DNA from: a virus
Virus record (IMG/VR): IMGVR_UViG_3300010965_000002
Span: 112,944 to 176,943 of that record
Direction: 5' to 3' (one strand)
Length of the DNA stretch: 64,000 nucleotides
The notes under the pieces are model-generated. The model did not search any database. It was not told the origin of the DNA and saw nothing but the letters and a program-made list of their open reading frames with translations. Shown piece after piece: positions 39,079-47,222 of this stretch (position 1 is the first letter of the stretch; every line of letters starts with the position of its first letter). The position numbers were made by a program, and so were the translations under genes.

Positions 39079-40019
39079 TTGGTAACGACGGTAAGAAGAA
39101 CTGGTTGATGCAGGTCTCCAGCGTGAACGATGGCATGGTTTACGGTCACCTAGACTCTAACCGTGCATACGCACCTCAGCAAGGTGAGTTCATGCTTAAA
39201 CAGATCGTTGCCATCTTGGGTGACAAGCCAGCACCTGGTAGTGCTTACGGCTGTACCATTGAACCCTTCTGCCGTACACTGGTGCATCCAGATTGGGGCA
39301 ATGTTCACTGGCACATGCAGATGCCCAAGACCGAAAAGCTGGCGCTGAAAAACGCCTTGGACTCAGTTGCCAAGAAACTCAACCGGGCAAAGCTCTTTGC
39401 CTTCGTAGCAGAAGGCGCTCTTGAACTTGAAGTGCGTCCACCGAAGGGTCGATACACAGGCATGTATCACTACAAGATCAAGAACGGTGAGAACCTTGAC
39501 CGCATGATCTTGCGTCCAAAGATGGGCGTGCCAATGGACTACGTGGTTGCACACGAAAGCGGGCACGGCGTCTGGTATCGTTTGCTGACACCCTCACAAC
39601 ACGCACGTTGGATTCGCCTCTATCACAGCTATACCAAGCTGCAAGAGTTTGAACCCCATCATCTGCGTAAGCTGCGGGATGACTACATTGCCGACAGCGT
39701 ACCTGTGCGTGACTTTCGAGGTCAACTCGAAGAAGCTCAAGTCCTGCTGTTCGACAACCTAATTTCAACTCTGTGCGGCAACACACGATTGACCAATCGC
39801 CACCTTGATGTACTTGCTGAGACAGCCTCACTGGAAACTATCAAGGAAAGCTGGCCGACGCACATTGAAGACAGCGACTTTGAAATCGCAGTCACTGAAT
39901 ACGGCACTAACAACCCCGAAGAATTCTTCGCCGAAGCCTTTGCTTACTGGTTGCTAGGTCAGAAACTGCCTAAACGTGTGCAGGCCGCTATGGACAAAAC
40001 CGTTAAGGCAATAGTGTAA
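39051..40019 (+). CDS. zincin-like metallopeptidase
   Basis: VAHESGH (HExxH) and distal EEFFAEAFA. Confidence 0.7.
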   Translation: MEIKQGVYVIGNDGKKNWLMQVSSVNDGMVYGHLDSNRAYAPQQGEFMLKQIVAILGDKPAPGSAYGCTIEPFCRTLVHPDWGNVHWHMQMPKTEKLALKNALDSVAKKLNRAKLFAFVAEGALELEVRPPKGRYTGMYHYKIKNGENLDRMILRPKMGVPMDYVVAHESGHGVWYRLLTPSQHARWIRLYHSYTKLQEFEPHHLRKLRDDYIADSVPVRDFRGQLEEAQVLLFDNLISTLCGNTRLTNRHLDVLAETASLETIKESWPTHIEDSDFEIAVTEYGTNNPEEFFAEAFAYWLLGQKLPKRVQAAMDKTVKAIV

Positions 40020-40028
40020 ATATGCACT

Positions 40029-40226
40029 ATGGACACACTGACTAACTGGCAACTCTACTCCTTGGTGGCAACACTGATTACGTTAGCCTGTTGCTTATAC
40101 CTTCCAAGCAAACTCAGCGGGTTTAACAATCTCGTTGGTTCCATTCTAGTCGCTGCATTAGGGCCCATCGTTTGGCCCTTCTGCTTGGCGGCTGTTGTTA
40201 AACATTCTCAGAGAAAAACCTCATGA
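40029..40226 (+). CDS. small membrane protein
   Basis: Two hydrophobic segments; GTGTAAATA 6 nt upstream. Confidence 0.55.
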   Translation: MDTLTNWQLYSLVATLITLACCLYLPSKLSGFNNLVGSILVAALGPIVWPFCLAAVVKHSQRKTS

Positions 40227-40912
40227 GCAAAATTCCAAAGCAAGTAGCTGACCTCAAAGGTGCAAACTACAACCCTCGTTACATCACTGCCAAGCAACTG
40301 GCTGCCCTGAAAAAGAGCATCGAAGAATTCGGTGACCTGAGTGGTGTGGTGTTCAACCGTTCAACTGGCGTGCTGGTGTCAGGTCACCAGCGTATCAAGT
40401 CAATCAAAGGCAAGCCCTCAAAGATCGTCAAGACAACGGTGAAGAAAGACCGTCAAGGCACTGTTGCCCTCGGTACGATTGAAATCACCGAAGTCGATAA
40501 GACAATCACACGCATCCCCTATCGTGAAGTCGAGTGGGATGACAAGCTGCAAGAAATGGCTGCTAACGTGGCTGCTAACGCCGCAGGTGGTGAATTCGAT
40601 CAAGCCAAGCTGGGCGCGATCATGGCTAAACTCGAAAAGGGTAAGTTCGACGTTGAACTGACCTCTATTGACAATTGGACAACTGCCAAGGCTATCGGCA
40701 AGTTCAAGAAGTCAAAAGACGAAGATGGCGATGGTGAAGGCAGTGCTGGTGACGAAGAAGAAGGCTTCGCAGTTGTTGACCCTAAAGCAATGGAGTTCCA
40801 ACATACTTGCCCCAAGTGCAGCTATCGTTGGAGCGACAAGGTGGTCAAGACCGTGAAGAAAGTTTCTGCGCCCGCTGCACAACCTGCGAAAAAGAAACCT
40901 AAGAAGGCTTAA
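40223..40912 (+). CDS. ParB/Srx-like protein with C-terminal zinc ribbon
   Basis: NYNPR, LKKSIEEFG, LVSGHQR; CPKC; Lys-rich tail. Confidence 0.75.
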   Translation: MSKIPKQVADLKGANYNPRYITAKQLAALKKSIEEFGDLSGVVFNRSTGVLVSGHQRIKSIKGKPSKIVKTTVKKDRQGTVALGTIEITEVDKTITRIPYREVEWDDKLQEMAANVAANAAGGEFDQAKLGAIMAKLEKGKFDVELTSIDNWTTAKAIGKFKKSKDEDGDGEGSAGDEEEGFAVVDPKAMEFQHTCPKCSYRWSDKVVKTVKKVSAPAAQPAKKKPKKA

Positions 40913-40914
40913 CC

Positions 40915-41487
40915 ATGACAACCATCGTAGGCATTCGCCGTGAACAACATAAAGAAGTGTGGATTGGTAGCGACACGCTGTTGACCAGTCCTGGCCTGCG
41001 TCTTGGCAAAATGAGTAAGACTGCATTGGTTAATGCAGGTACCGAAGATGAAACCTGTATAGCTATTGCCGGCCCTGCCACTGCAATCTTGGCGGTACAG
41101 GACATCTTGTCCACTCACGACTTCGATGACTGGTCAACTACCTTGGCCGTGTATCGAAACATTCTGGCAATACACTGCGTTATGAGGGACCACCACGGTC
41201 TAATCACGCAGGAGCACGAAGACGATACCTTTGAAAGCTCACAGTTTCAATCAATCGTGGCTAACTCCCACGGTATGTGGATGACGCTCAATAGCCGAGA
41301 AGTCATCCCCGTGGTTAACCTGTGTGCAATCGGTTCCGGTAGAGAAATCGCAATCGGCGTTGTTGAAGGTATGGGAATGCTTGACCCAGAAGCCACAATC
41401 AAACGTGCGCTTATGGTTGCAAGCCAGTATGACAAGAGCACAGGCAAAGAGGCAGAAATATGGTCAAACGAAAGAAACCCGCACTGA
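40915..41487 (+). CDS. Ntn hydrolase (proteasome/HslV-like, N-terminal Thr)
   Basis: MTTIVG, GSDT, AIGSGREIAIG, ASQYD..TG. Confidence 0.75.
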   Translation: MTTIVGIRREQHKEVWIGSDTLLTSPGLRLGKMSKTALVNAGTEDETCIAIAGPATAILAVQDILSTHDFDDWSTTLAVYRNILAIHCVMRDHHGLITQEHEDDTFESSQFQSIVANSHGMWMTLNSREVIPVVNLCAIGSGREIAIGVVEGMGMLDPEATIKRALMVASQYDKSTGKEAEIWSNERNPH

Positions 41488-41840
41488 CTTTGCGCAAAGC
41501 AAAGCAGCTTGCACAGCACATGATAGTAAGCGGCCTCCTCACAAGAGCAGTAGCCGCTGAAATCGAACGCCGAGGTCTAGTACCTAACGCACAGTTCAAA
41601 GCAATCGTTGCGGCCAACGACATCGGTAAGAAGCTGCAAGGCATGTTACCTCAGCTTGGTATGCAGTTCAAAGATGGCAATCCAGAGTTTCCCTACACTG
41701 TTTGGCGTGGCGCAAGTGCGCCTTTCATTCTGGCTACACCGACAATCGTTGCAGAGGCTGAGGCGCAAGCCTTGAAACTCAGCGACGAGGTGTACACCAG
41801 TTTGACAACCGTTGCAGTTGCCACTGAGGTAGCACCATGA
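41460..41840 (+). CDS. hypothetical protein
   Basis: Overlaps neighbours in the modification cluster. Confidence 0.55.
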   Translation: MVKRKKPALTLRKAKQLAQHMIVSGLLTRAVAAEIERRGLVPNAQFKAIVAANDIGKKLQGMLPQLGMQFKDGNPEFPYTVWRGASAPFILATPTIVAEAEAQALKLSDEVYTSLTTVAVATEVAP

Positions 41841-42973
41841 TTCTCGCTTCCAAAATGCCTTCAATGGCAGAGATAAACAAGAAAGCCAAGACTGCGAAAT
41901 TCACCGCTGTCAGTTTCTTTTCTGGTATGGGTGGTGGTAGCATAGGCATGAAAATGGCTGGCTACTCTGTTCGCTACGCAAACGAATTCGTCCCTGTAGC
42001 CTCGGACGTTTACGATGCAAATAGCGGAGGCTTGAAGATTGACCGTCGTGATATTCGCAAGGTGACTGCAAAGAGCGTTTATGCTTTGAGCAAGATTCCA
42101 AAAGGCGAAATCGACTTGATCGAAGCCAGCCCTCCATGCAAGGCATTCAGCAGCACGCAAGCACGCAAGCAAGGTCGTGACTTCGGTGAAGAAGTTGATT
42201 ACAGCGAAGGCATCAAACAGCGCGTTGACGATCTGTTCTTTGAATTCTGCCGTGTCCTCAAACACCTGCAAGGTAAAGTCTTCATTGCGGAGAACGTGCC
42301 TGGCTTGGTGAAAGCAATCAACCGTGGATACTTTGTTGAAATCCACGAGGCACTTACCAACTGCGGTTACAACGTACAGGCTGTTGTCATTGACCCGTCG
42401 CGTCTTGGTGTTCCTCAGAAGCGTGAGCGTCTGATCTTCATGGGCATTCGCAATGATCTATACAAAGCCGGATTCCGTCATGCTTGGCCTAAGCCATCAA
42501 AGCATGAAACCACCGTTCAGGAGTGCTTGCCGCACATCGAACGCATTAAGACCACCCGTGGCTACAGTCATGCAAAGTCTCCGAGCCCTACTATTACCGC
42601 ATCAGATCACAGTATTGGAGAGACTGCAAACTTCTCTTGCGGCGGGTTCGTGGAAACCAATGAAGGTGTGTCCCGCAAGTACACCATCGACGAACTGAAA
42701 GTTCTCAGCAGTGTGCCCAAAGACTTTGTGTTCCCACCGCAAGAAAAAGAATCGAAGTCTAAGCACTTCATTCGCAGTTGGGAACGTCTTGGTCGCATTC
42801 ACGTCCCATTGCAGGTGTATCACATTGCGTCTGAAATACGCAAGAACATCTTAGAGCCTTACTACCAAAACAAAGGTAAACCAAATGACAACCAAAGCCC
42901 TCGAAGCGCAAAGAAAGCGCCAGCAGCAACAAAGCCCTCAGCCAGCAAGCCCGCAAGTAAGAAGCCGCGATAA
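41837..42973 (+). CDS. C5 DNA cytosine methyltransferase fold, probable carboxymethyltransferase
   Basis: FSGMGG (I), SPPC (IV), ENV (VI), QKRER (VIII); motif X reads GRIHVP instead of GN(A/S)VP. Confidence 0.85.
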   Translation: MILASKMPSMAEINKKAKTAKFTAVSFFSGMGGGSIGMKMAGYSVRYANEFVPVASDVYDANSGGLKIDRRDIRKVTAKSVYALSKIPKGEIDLIEASPPCKAFSSTQARKQGRDFGEEVDYSEGIKQRVDDLFFEFCRVLKHLQGKVFIAENVPGLVKAINRGYFVEIHEALTNCGYNVQAVVIDPSRLGVPQKRERLIFMGIRNDLYKAGFRHAWPKPSKHETTVQECLPHIERIKTTRGYSHAKSPSPTITASDHSIGETANFSCGGFVETNEGVSRKYTIDELKVLSSVPKDFVFPPQEKESKSKHFIRSWERLGRIHVPLQVYHIASEIRKNILEPYYQNKGKPNDNQSPRSAKKAPAATKPSASKPASKKPR

Positions 42974-43631
42974 GCTCGAAGTCCCTACCGACTGGACTTT
43001 CCACAGCAAGAACGTGGCCGACAACTTTGACATCCATGTGCGGGAGCAGTTGCCTTGGTACGATCTGGCTACAGGCATGGTTGCACACATTGGTCGCCAC
43101 TATCTGCCTGAGAATGGTTTGATGTACGACTTGGGTGCAAGCACTGGCAATATCACTCACGCTCTGGCCTCTGAACTGGACAAGCGTAAAGTCAAGGCAA
43201 TCAGCATTGACAACGCCGAACCCATGAAAGACGTGTGGCGTGGCGTAGGCGACTTTGAAGTGGCCGACATTCGTGAATACGACTACAAGCCTTACGACTT
43301 CTGCGCTTGCTTCCTCGTGTTGATGTTCTTGCCGCCAGTACAGCAGCGTCAGGTGTTTGAAAAGCTCTACAAGAGTTTGAACCCTGGTGGTGCGCTGGTG
43401 ATCTTTGACAAGACTGCCTCGTTCAATGGATACCTTGGAACTGTGATGCACCGCGTTACTCTGGCAGGCAAAGTTGCTACAGGCGTTCCGTCCGAAGCCA
43501 TCGTCAAGAAAGAGTTGTCCTTAGCTGGAGCACAACGTCCGATTGACCCTGATGCTCTCCTGTTCAATCAGTACGGTGTCAAGGAAGTGTTTCGCTTTGG
43601 GGAGTTCGGTGGTTGGGTCGCTACAAAATGA
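42885..43631 (+). CDS. CmoA-like carboxy-SAM synthase / class I methyltransferase
   Basis: DWTF...VADNFDIHVREQLPWY, YDLGASTG, IDNAEPM, LVLMFLPP..R, LNPGGALVIFDK. Confidence 0.75.
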   Translation: MTTKALEAQRKRQQQQSPQPASPQVRSRDKLEVPTDWTFHSKNVADNFDIHVREQLPWYDLATGMVAHIGRHYLPENGLMYDLGASTGNITHALASELDKRKVKAISIDNAEPMKDVWRGVGDFEVADIREYDYKPYDFCACFLVLMFLPPVQQRQVFEKLYKSLNPGGALVIFDKTASFNGYLGTVMHRVTLAGKVATGVPSEAIVKKELSLAGAQRPIDPDALLFNQYGVKEVFRFGEFGGWVATK

Positions 43632-43634
43632 ATG

Positions 43635-43643
43635 CTGTAAATA
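43635..43643 (+). promoter_or_regulatory. CTGTAAATA putative phage promoter
   Basis: 37 nt upstream of 43681 ORF. Confidence 0.65.
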
Positions 43644-43680
43644 ACCTGTAGACGAAATCAACACCGCGAGGTAAACAAAA

Positions 43681-44100
43681 ATGTTCAATCCTTACAGACA
43701 CTTAATGTCTAAGGTAACAGCTCTGCTGCGTACCGAAGCCAAAATGAGTGCAGACGAACGAAGGGCCAATCAATGGCAACTACTCGTCAAGTTTTGTGAC
43801 ACCCAGATTACTGTCGGCAAAGGTGATGTGAACACCATCTTTGTCCAGATGGGTGTAAACGGAAAACGCCGCACTTGTTATCCTGATCAGATACTTGAGA
43901 AGCTCAGTGAACTGGGTAGCCAGAAGCACCATCGCTACGAAGTTGTCAATGCAGAAGGCGAGTCAGACATGTTTTTCAGCCTGGTGACTTTGAAGCAGCA
44001 AGTTACGCCTGAAAAGGGTATGAAGCTGTACGGTCACACTGACAAGCGTGTGCTTCTGCATAAAACACATCAAGCCCTTAACGGCTACGACTGGAAATAA
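43681..44100 (+). CDS. hypothetical protein
   Basis: GAGG RBS; abuts AsnB-like gene. Confidence 0.6.
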   Translation: MFNPYRHLMSKVTALLRTEAKMSADERRANQWQLLVKFCDTQITVGKGDVNTIFVQMGVNGKRRTCYPDQILEKLSELGSQKHHRYEVVNAEGESDMFFSLVTLKQQVTPEKGMKLYGHTDKRVLLHKTHQALNGYDWK

Positions 44101-44101
44101 C

Positions 44102-45019
44102 ATGGGTAAGAAAAACCTAACCAAAGAACAGTTCGCTATGCACACTAAACGTGCTGAACGCCTAGCGAAAGTCATGGTTGACCACGTTGCTGGTTTCAAG
44201 CCCAAGAAGGTTGCAGTGCTGCTTAGTGCAGGCGTTGACAGTCATGCTTGTCTGTTCGCAGCAATGCGGGCAAAGAAACAGATCACCTGTTATTCATTCA
44301 CCCTGGATGATCGCAAGAGCACTGACTTCCGCCTCGCTGAACAAACAGCCGCCGCTTTCGGCTTGCCTTTTGTAGGCGTAAAGCTATCAACTGATCTACC
44401 TGTTCTCAAAGACTACTTGTGGGATGTTTTCAACGTCTACAACACAGGTAGCATCCATGTGAACAAGTCAAGCGTCGAATGCCTATGGCCTTTGTACAAC
44501 GCTTTGAACCGCACTACTGAGGAACACGGTGCGACTATGATCGGCTTCGGCGGTGATGCCTTCTTTTGCACCTTGCGTAGTCAAAAGAAACGTCTGCATG
44601 AGTACGAACTTGTCAAGCAGGAATACTTCAATAACGTTGTCACCAACAAAGGCGACGTGCAAACCCTGATGCTTGAGTCATGGCTTGCCAAACACTCACC
44701 AAGGCATCGTTTGATTATGCCTTTCCATACCAAAGAAGTCTTCGACATCTTCAAGGGTATGGGTCCATTTGACCCTGGCTGCAAGCCTATCCAGAAAGCT
44801 CCAATTCGCTTAGCCTTCTGGGATGAATTCCAGCAGACTGACGTGCGGGTACATCAGAGCTTCCAGAAAGGTGACAGCGGTATCTCTGACCACTTCGCAG
44901 AACTCCTTATTCCTAGCGATTGGAATACACGAGGACTAAAGAGTGTTAAAGGCGTCTACAACGACCTGGAAACTGGTGTTATCCGAAAGCCGGGTCGGTC
45001 ATTGTTTAGGTCTCACTAA
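44102..45019 (+). CDS. asparagine synthase C-terminal-like ATP-dependent amide ligase (no glutaminase domain)
   Basis: VLLSAGVDS PP-loop, YSFT, GFGGDAFF, MPF, K..IR.AF, FQKG. Confidence 0.75.
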   Translation: MGKKNLTKEQFAMHTKRAERLAKVMVDHVAGFKPKKVAVLLSAGVDSHACLFAAMRAKKQITCYSFTLDDRKSTDFRLAEQTAAAFGLPFVGVKLSTDLPVLKDYLWDVFNVYNTGSIHVNKSSVECLWPLYNALNRTTEEHGATMIGFGGDAFFCTLRSQKKRLHEYELVKQEYFNNVVTNKGDVQTLMLESWLAKHSPRHRLIMPFHTKEVFDIFKGMGPFDPGCKPIQKAPIRLAFWDEFQQTDVRVHQSFQKGDSGISDHFAELLIPSDWNTRGLKSVKGVYNDLETGVIRKPGRSLFRSH

Positions 45020-45166
45020 TTTGATATTGTGAAAACGGTTGTGGCACTCCTGCTGTAGGACCTCAAAAAGGACCTAGAGTGGAACCCAAAGTTTGTGGAC
45101 ACTAATTTCATTATGTAGGACCTTGGTACTACATCCTTTTAACGTTCAATCCTCATGAGGCCATAT

Positions 45167-45319
45167 ATGAACAAATCTCACGCTCTCCATGCTTTCGCCA
45201 ACGGCGGCGGCGCTGCTGCTAAGCCTGCCAAAAAGGGCGGCAAAGCTGCTGCTAAAGGCAAGCCTGCTGCTGGCAAGAAGTCTGCTGCCAAGAAGCCAGT
45301 AGCCAAGAAAAAGCGTTAA
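45167..45319 (+). CDS. 50-aa Lys/Ala-rich histone H1-like protein (below ORF-track cutoff)
   Basis: Hand-translated MNKSHALHAFANGGGAAAKPAKKGGKAAAKGKPAAGKKSAAKKPVAKKKR; GAGG RBS; own terminator. Confidence 0.8.
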   Translation: MNKSHALHAFANGGGAAAKPAKKGGKAAAKGKPAAGKKSAAKKPVAKKKR

Positions 45320-45361
45320 TTCGCCTTTTCTGAATCGCCAGTAAAATGATGATTCAAAAAG

Positions 45362-45397
45362 AAAACCCCGCCCGGAGAAATCTTGGCGGGGTTTTTT
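45362..45397 (+). terminator. intrinsic terminator
   Basis: AAAACCCCGCC...GGCGGGGTTTTTT. Confidence 0.85.
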
Positions 45398-45429
45398 CGT
45401 TTCTGCGGCAGACCAGTCTATGCCCTCAA

Positions 45430-45438
45430 CTGTAAATA
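45430..45438 (+). promoter_or_regulatory. CTGTAAATA putative phage promoter
   Basis: After terminator, 6 nt upstream of ATG 45445. Confidence 0.65.
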
Positions 45439-45444
45439 ACTCTT

Positions 45445-45831
45445 ATGGACAACGAGACAAAACAACAATTCGCCCAAGTCAAACGCAAGACCCGCTCTGT
45501 AGATGACTACACAATCGTAGCCGTAGCTTCTGTGCCTTGCAACATGCCCCGCTGGGACAGGGTTCTCTACGAAATCGAAACCCATTTGACTGCCGCCTTG
45601 GTTCATGTGCTTCGGCATACACCGAACCAAGACTGGGCATACTTCAATACGTTAGAGGCACGCCACTGCTCCTTCTCTGAGAGTACGGTCGTTCATTCGG
45701 AAGCGCCTCATACAATAACCTACCGATACGTGGTAATCAAAGGTCCAGTTCCATTCAACATATCCTTTGAAGAGGCTCAAAATGCCAATGACCGTAACAC
45801 AAATTTTAGCCGCGTCTTTACCTGCGGTTAA
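45445..45831 (+). CDS. hypothetical protein
   Basis: ORF directly after promoter motif. Confidence 0.55.
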   Translation: MDNETKQQFAQVKRKTRSVDDYTIVAVASVPCNMPRWDRVLYEIETHLTAALVHVLRHTPNQDWAYFNTLEARHCSFSESTVVHSEAPHTITYRYVVIKGPVPFNISFEEAQNANDRNTNFSRVFTCG

Positions 45832-46228
45832 AGAAGCCTCGCGCTACGTCGTAATCAAGGACGACGCGGTGCCTACGTTCGTCAACAAGCCTGCTGACAA
45901 GAAACTGCACCGAGCGCCTAAGCTCGATGTGACCGTTTTCAGTACGGCAGACAATCATGGAACTCCCAAGACGGGCGCTTCACGTAAGTACCGAGTTCAG
46001 ATCATCAGCCTTAACGCAGACAAGAAGCTGCACGAAGCGCCTGTGTTGGTTCGTTGCACTTGTGACTACTTCACCTTCAATTGCGAAGTGGCACTCACCA
46101 AAAAAGGTGCATCCAAGATCAAACAGAGTAACGGTGACAAGCCTGTGGTGCGTAACCCAAACATGATTCCAACGCCATGCAAACATCTGCATAAGGTTTT
46201 GACCATGATAGTGAAAAGGCGAATGTAA
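45782..46228 (+). CDS. SWIM-type zinc finger protein
   Basis: VRCTCDYF...PCKHL. Confidence 0.7.
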   Translation: MPMTVTQILAASLPAVKEASRYVVIKDDAVPTFVNKPADKKLHRAPKLDVTVFSTADNHGTPKTGASRKYRVQIISLNADKKLHEAPVLVRCTCDYFTFNCEVALTKKGASKIKQSNGDKPVVRNPNMIPTPCKHLHKVLTMIVKRRM

Positions 46229-47214
46229 TGGCGAATGCACTTGACAGTTTGAAGCGCGTCAAGGAGCAGTTAGGGCATAACTACACCAGCTTCCAACTGC
46301 TGAGTGTTCTCGATCAACTCCTCTGGAAAAGTATGTGGCCTATCTTGCGCACTACTGATTACTTTGACCGAGTTCTAGCCAACGTAATAGGCTGGAGTGC
46401 CACTAACCCCAGACGTAAGTTATCGTCTTTACCCAAAGACCGATTCAATACCTATGCTGCGGCATACTTGGTAGCAGACACACCCAAAGTTAAGTTGCGT
46501 ATCCTCAAGAAGATGCGCATTGAGCGTAACATCCTGTTTTACGTGGTTGCACGTTTTCTGGAAGTTATGAAGGACGTTCCGCCAGCAAAGCCTTCACAGA
46601 AAGTAGTCAATGCCCTGGCTGTTTTCGACCATGAAGGTCTATGGTTTGCCGCACGCGAAAGCGACTATTGGCATCAGCAAGCCATAGCCTTCAAAGGCAT
46701 GATTATGGAAAAGTACATGCGCTTTGTCATGATGGAGGCGCAGCAATTCCATAAGCAGCAGAGGCAGCACAATCCACACTTGAATTTTGACCTCGATGAC
46801 ATCGCTCAGAATTTCATTCTGGCGGTTAACAAGGCGATTGACAAGTGTGATGCGCAGCAAGGAACACTGACAAGCTATATTCAGAATTGGATTAAAGACG
46901 CTAAAGGTAACCCACAGCTTCGCGGTGAGTATGGAATAGCTTACACCATACCTGCATCGCAACGTCGTGCGGTGGCTCAGAGCCCTAAAAACAAAGCTGT
47001 AAATATCAGTGTCAGCATCGACAGCGACGAACTCCAACATTTACGAAGCGAAAGCAACGTTGAGGAAGAGTTTGAACGGAAGCGAACCGTTGAGCTTGTA
47101 CGCCTGCTGGCAAAACGTGCCGACCCAACCGGCATAAGCCGAATGTTCTTAGGTATCGGAGAGATACTTGAGCCTCAAGAACTAAAGCAATTAGAAACCC
47201 AACTTCCTAACTAG
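46228..47214 (+). CDS. phage RNA polymerase sigma factor (sigma70-like region 2)
   Basis: DDIAQNFILAVNKAIDKCDAQQGTLTSYIQNWIK matches DLIQEGxxGLxKAVxKFDxxxGxxFSTYAxWWIR. Confidence 0.75.
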   Translation: MANALDSLKRVKEQLGHNYTSFQLLSVLDQLLWKSMWPILRTTDYFDRVLANVIGWSATNPRRKLSSLPKDRFNTYAAAYLVADTPKVKLRILKKMRIERNILFYVVARFLEVMKDVPPAKPSQKVVNALAVFDHEGLWFAARESDYWHQQAIAFKGMIMEKYMRFVMMEAQQFHKQQRQHNPHLNFDLDDIAQNFILAVNKAIDKCDAQQGTLTSYIQNWIKDAKGNPQLRGEYGIAYTIPASQRRAVAQSPKNKAVNISVSIDSDELQHLRSESNVEEEFERKRTVELVRLLAKRADPTGISRMFLGIGEILEPQELKQLETQLPN

Positions 47215-47222
47215 GAGAAAAC

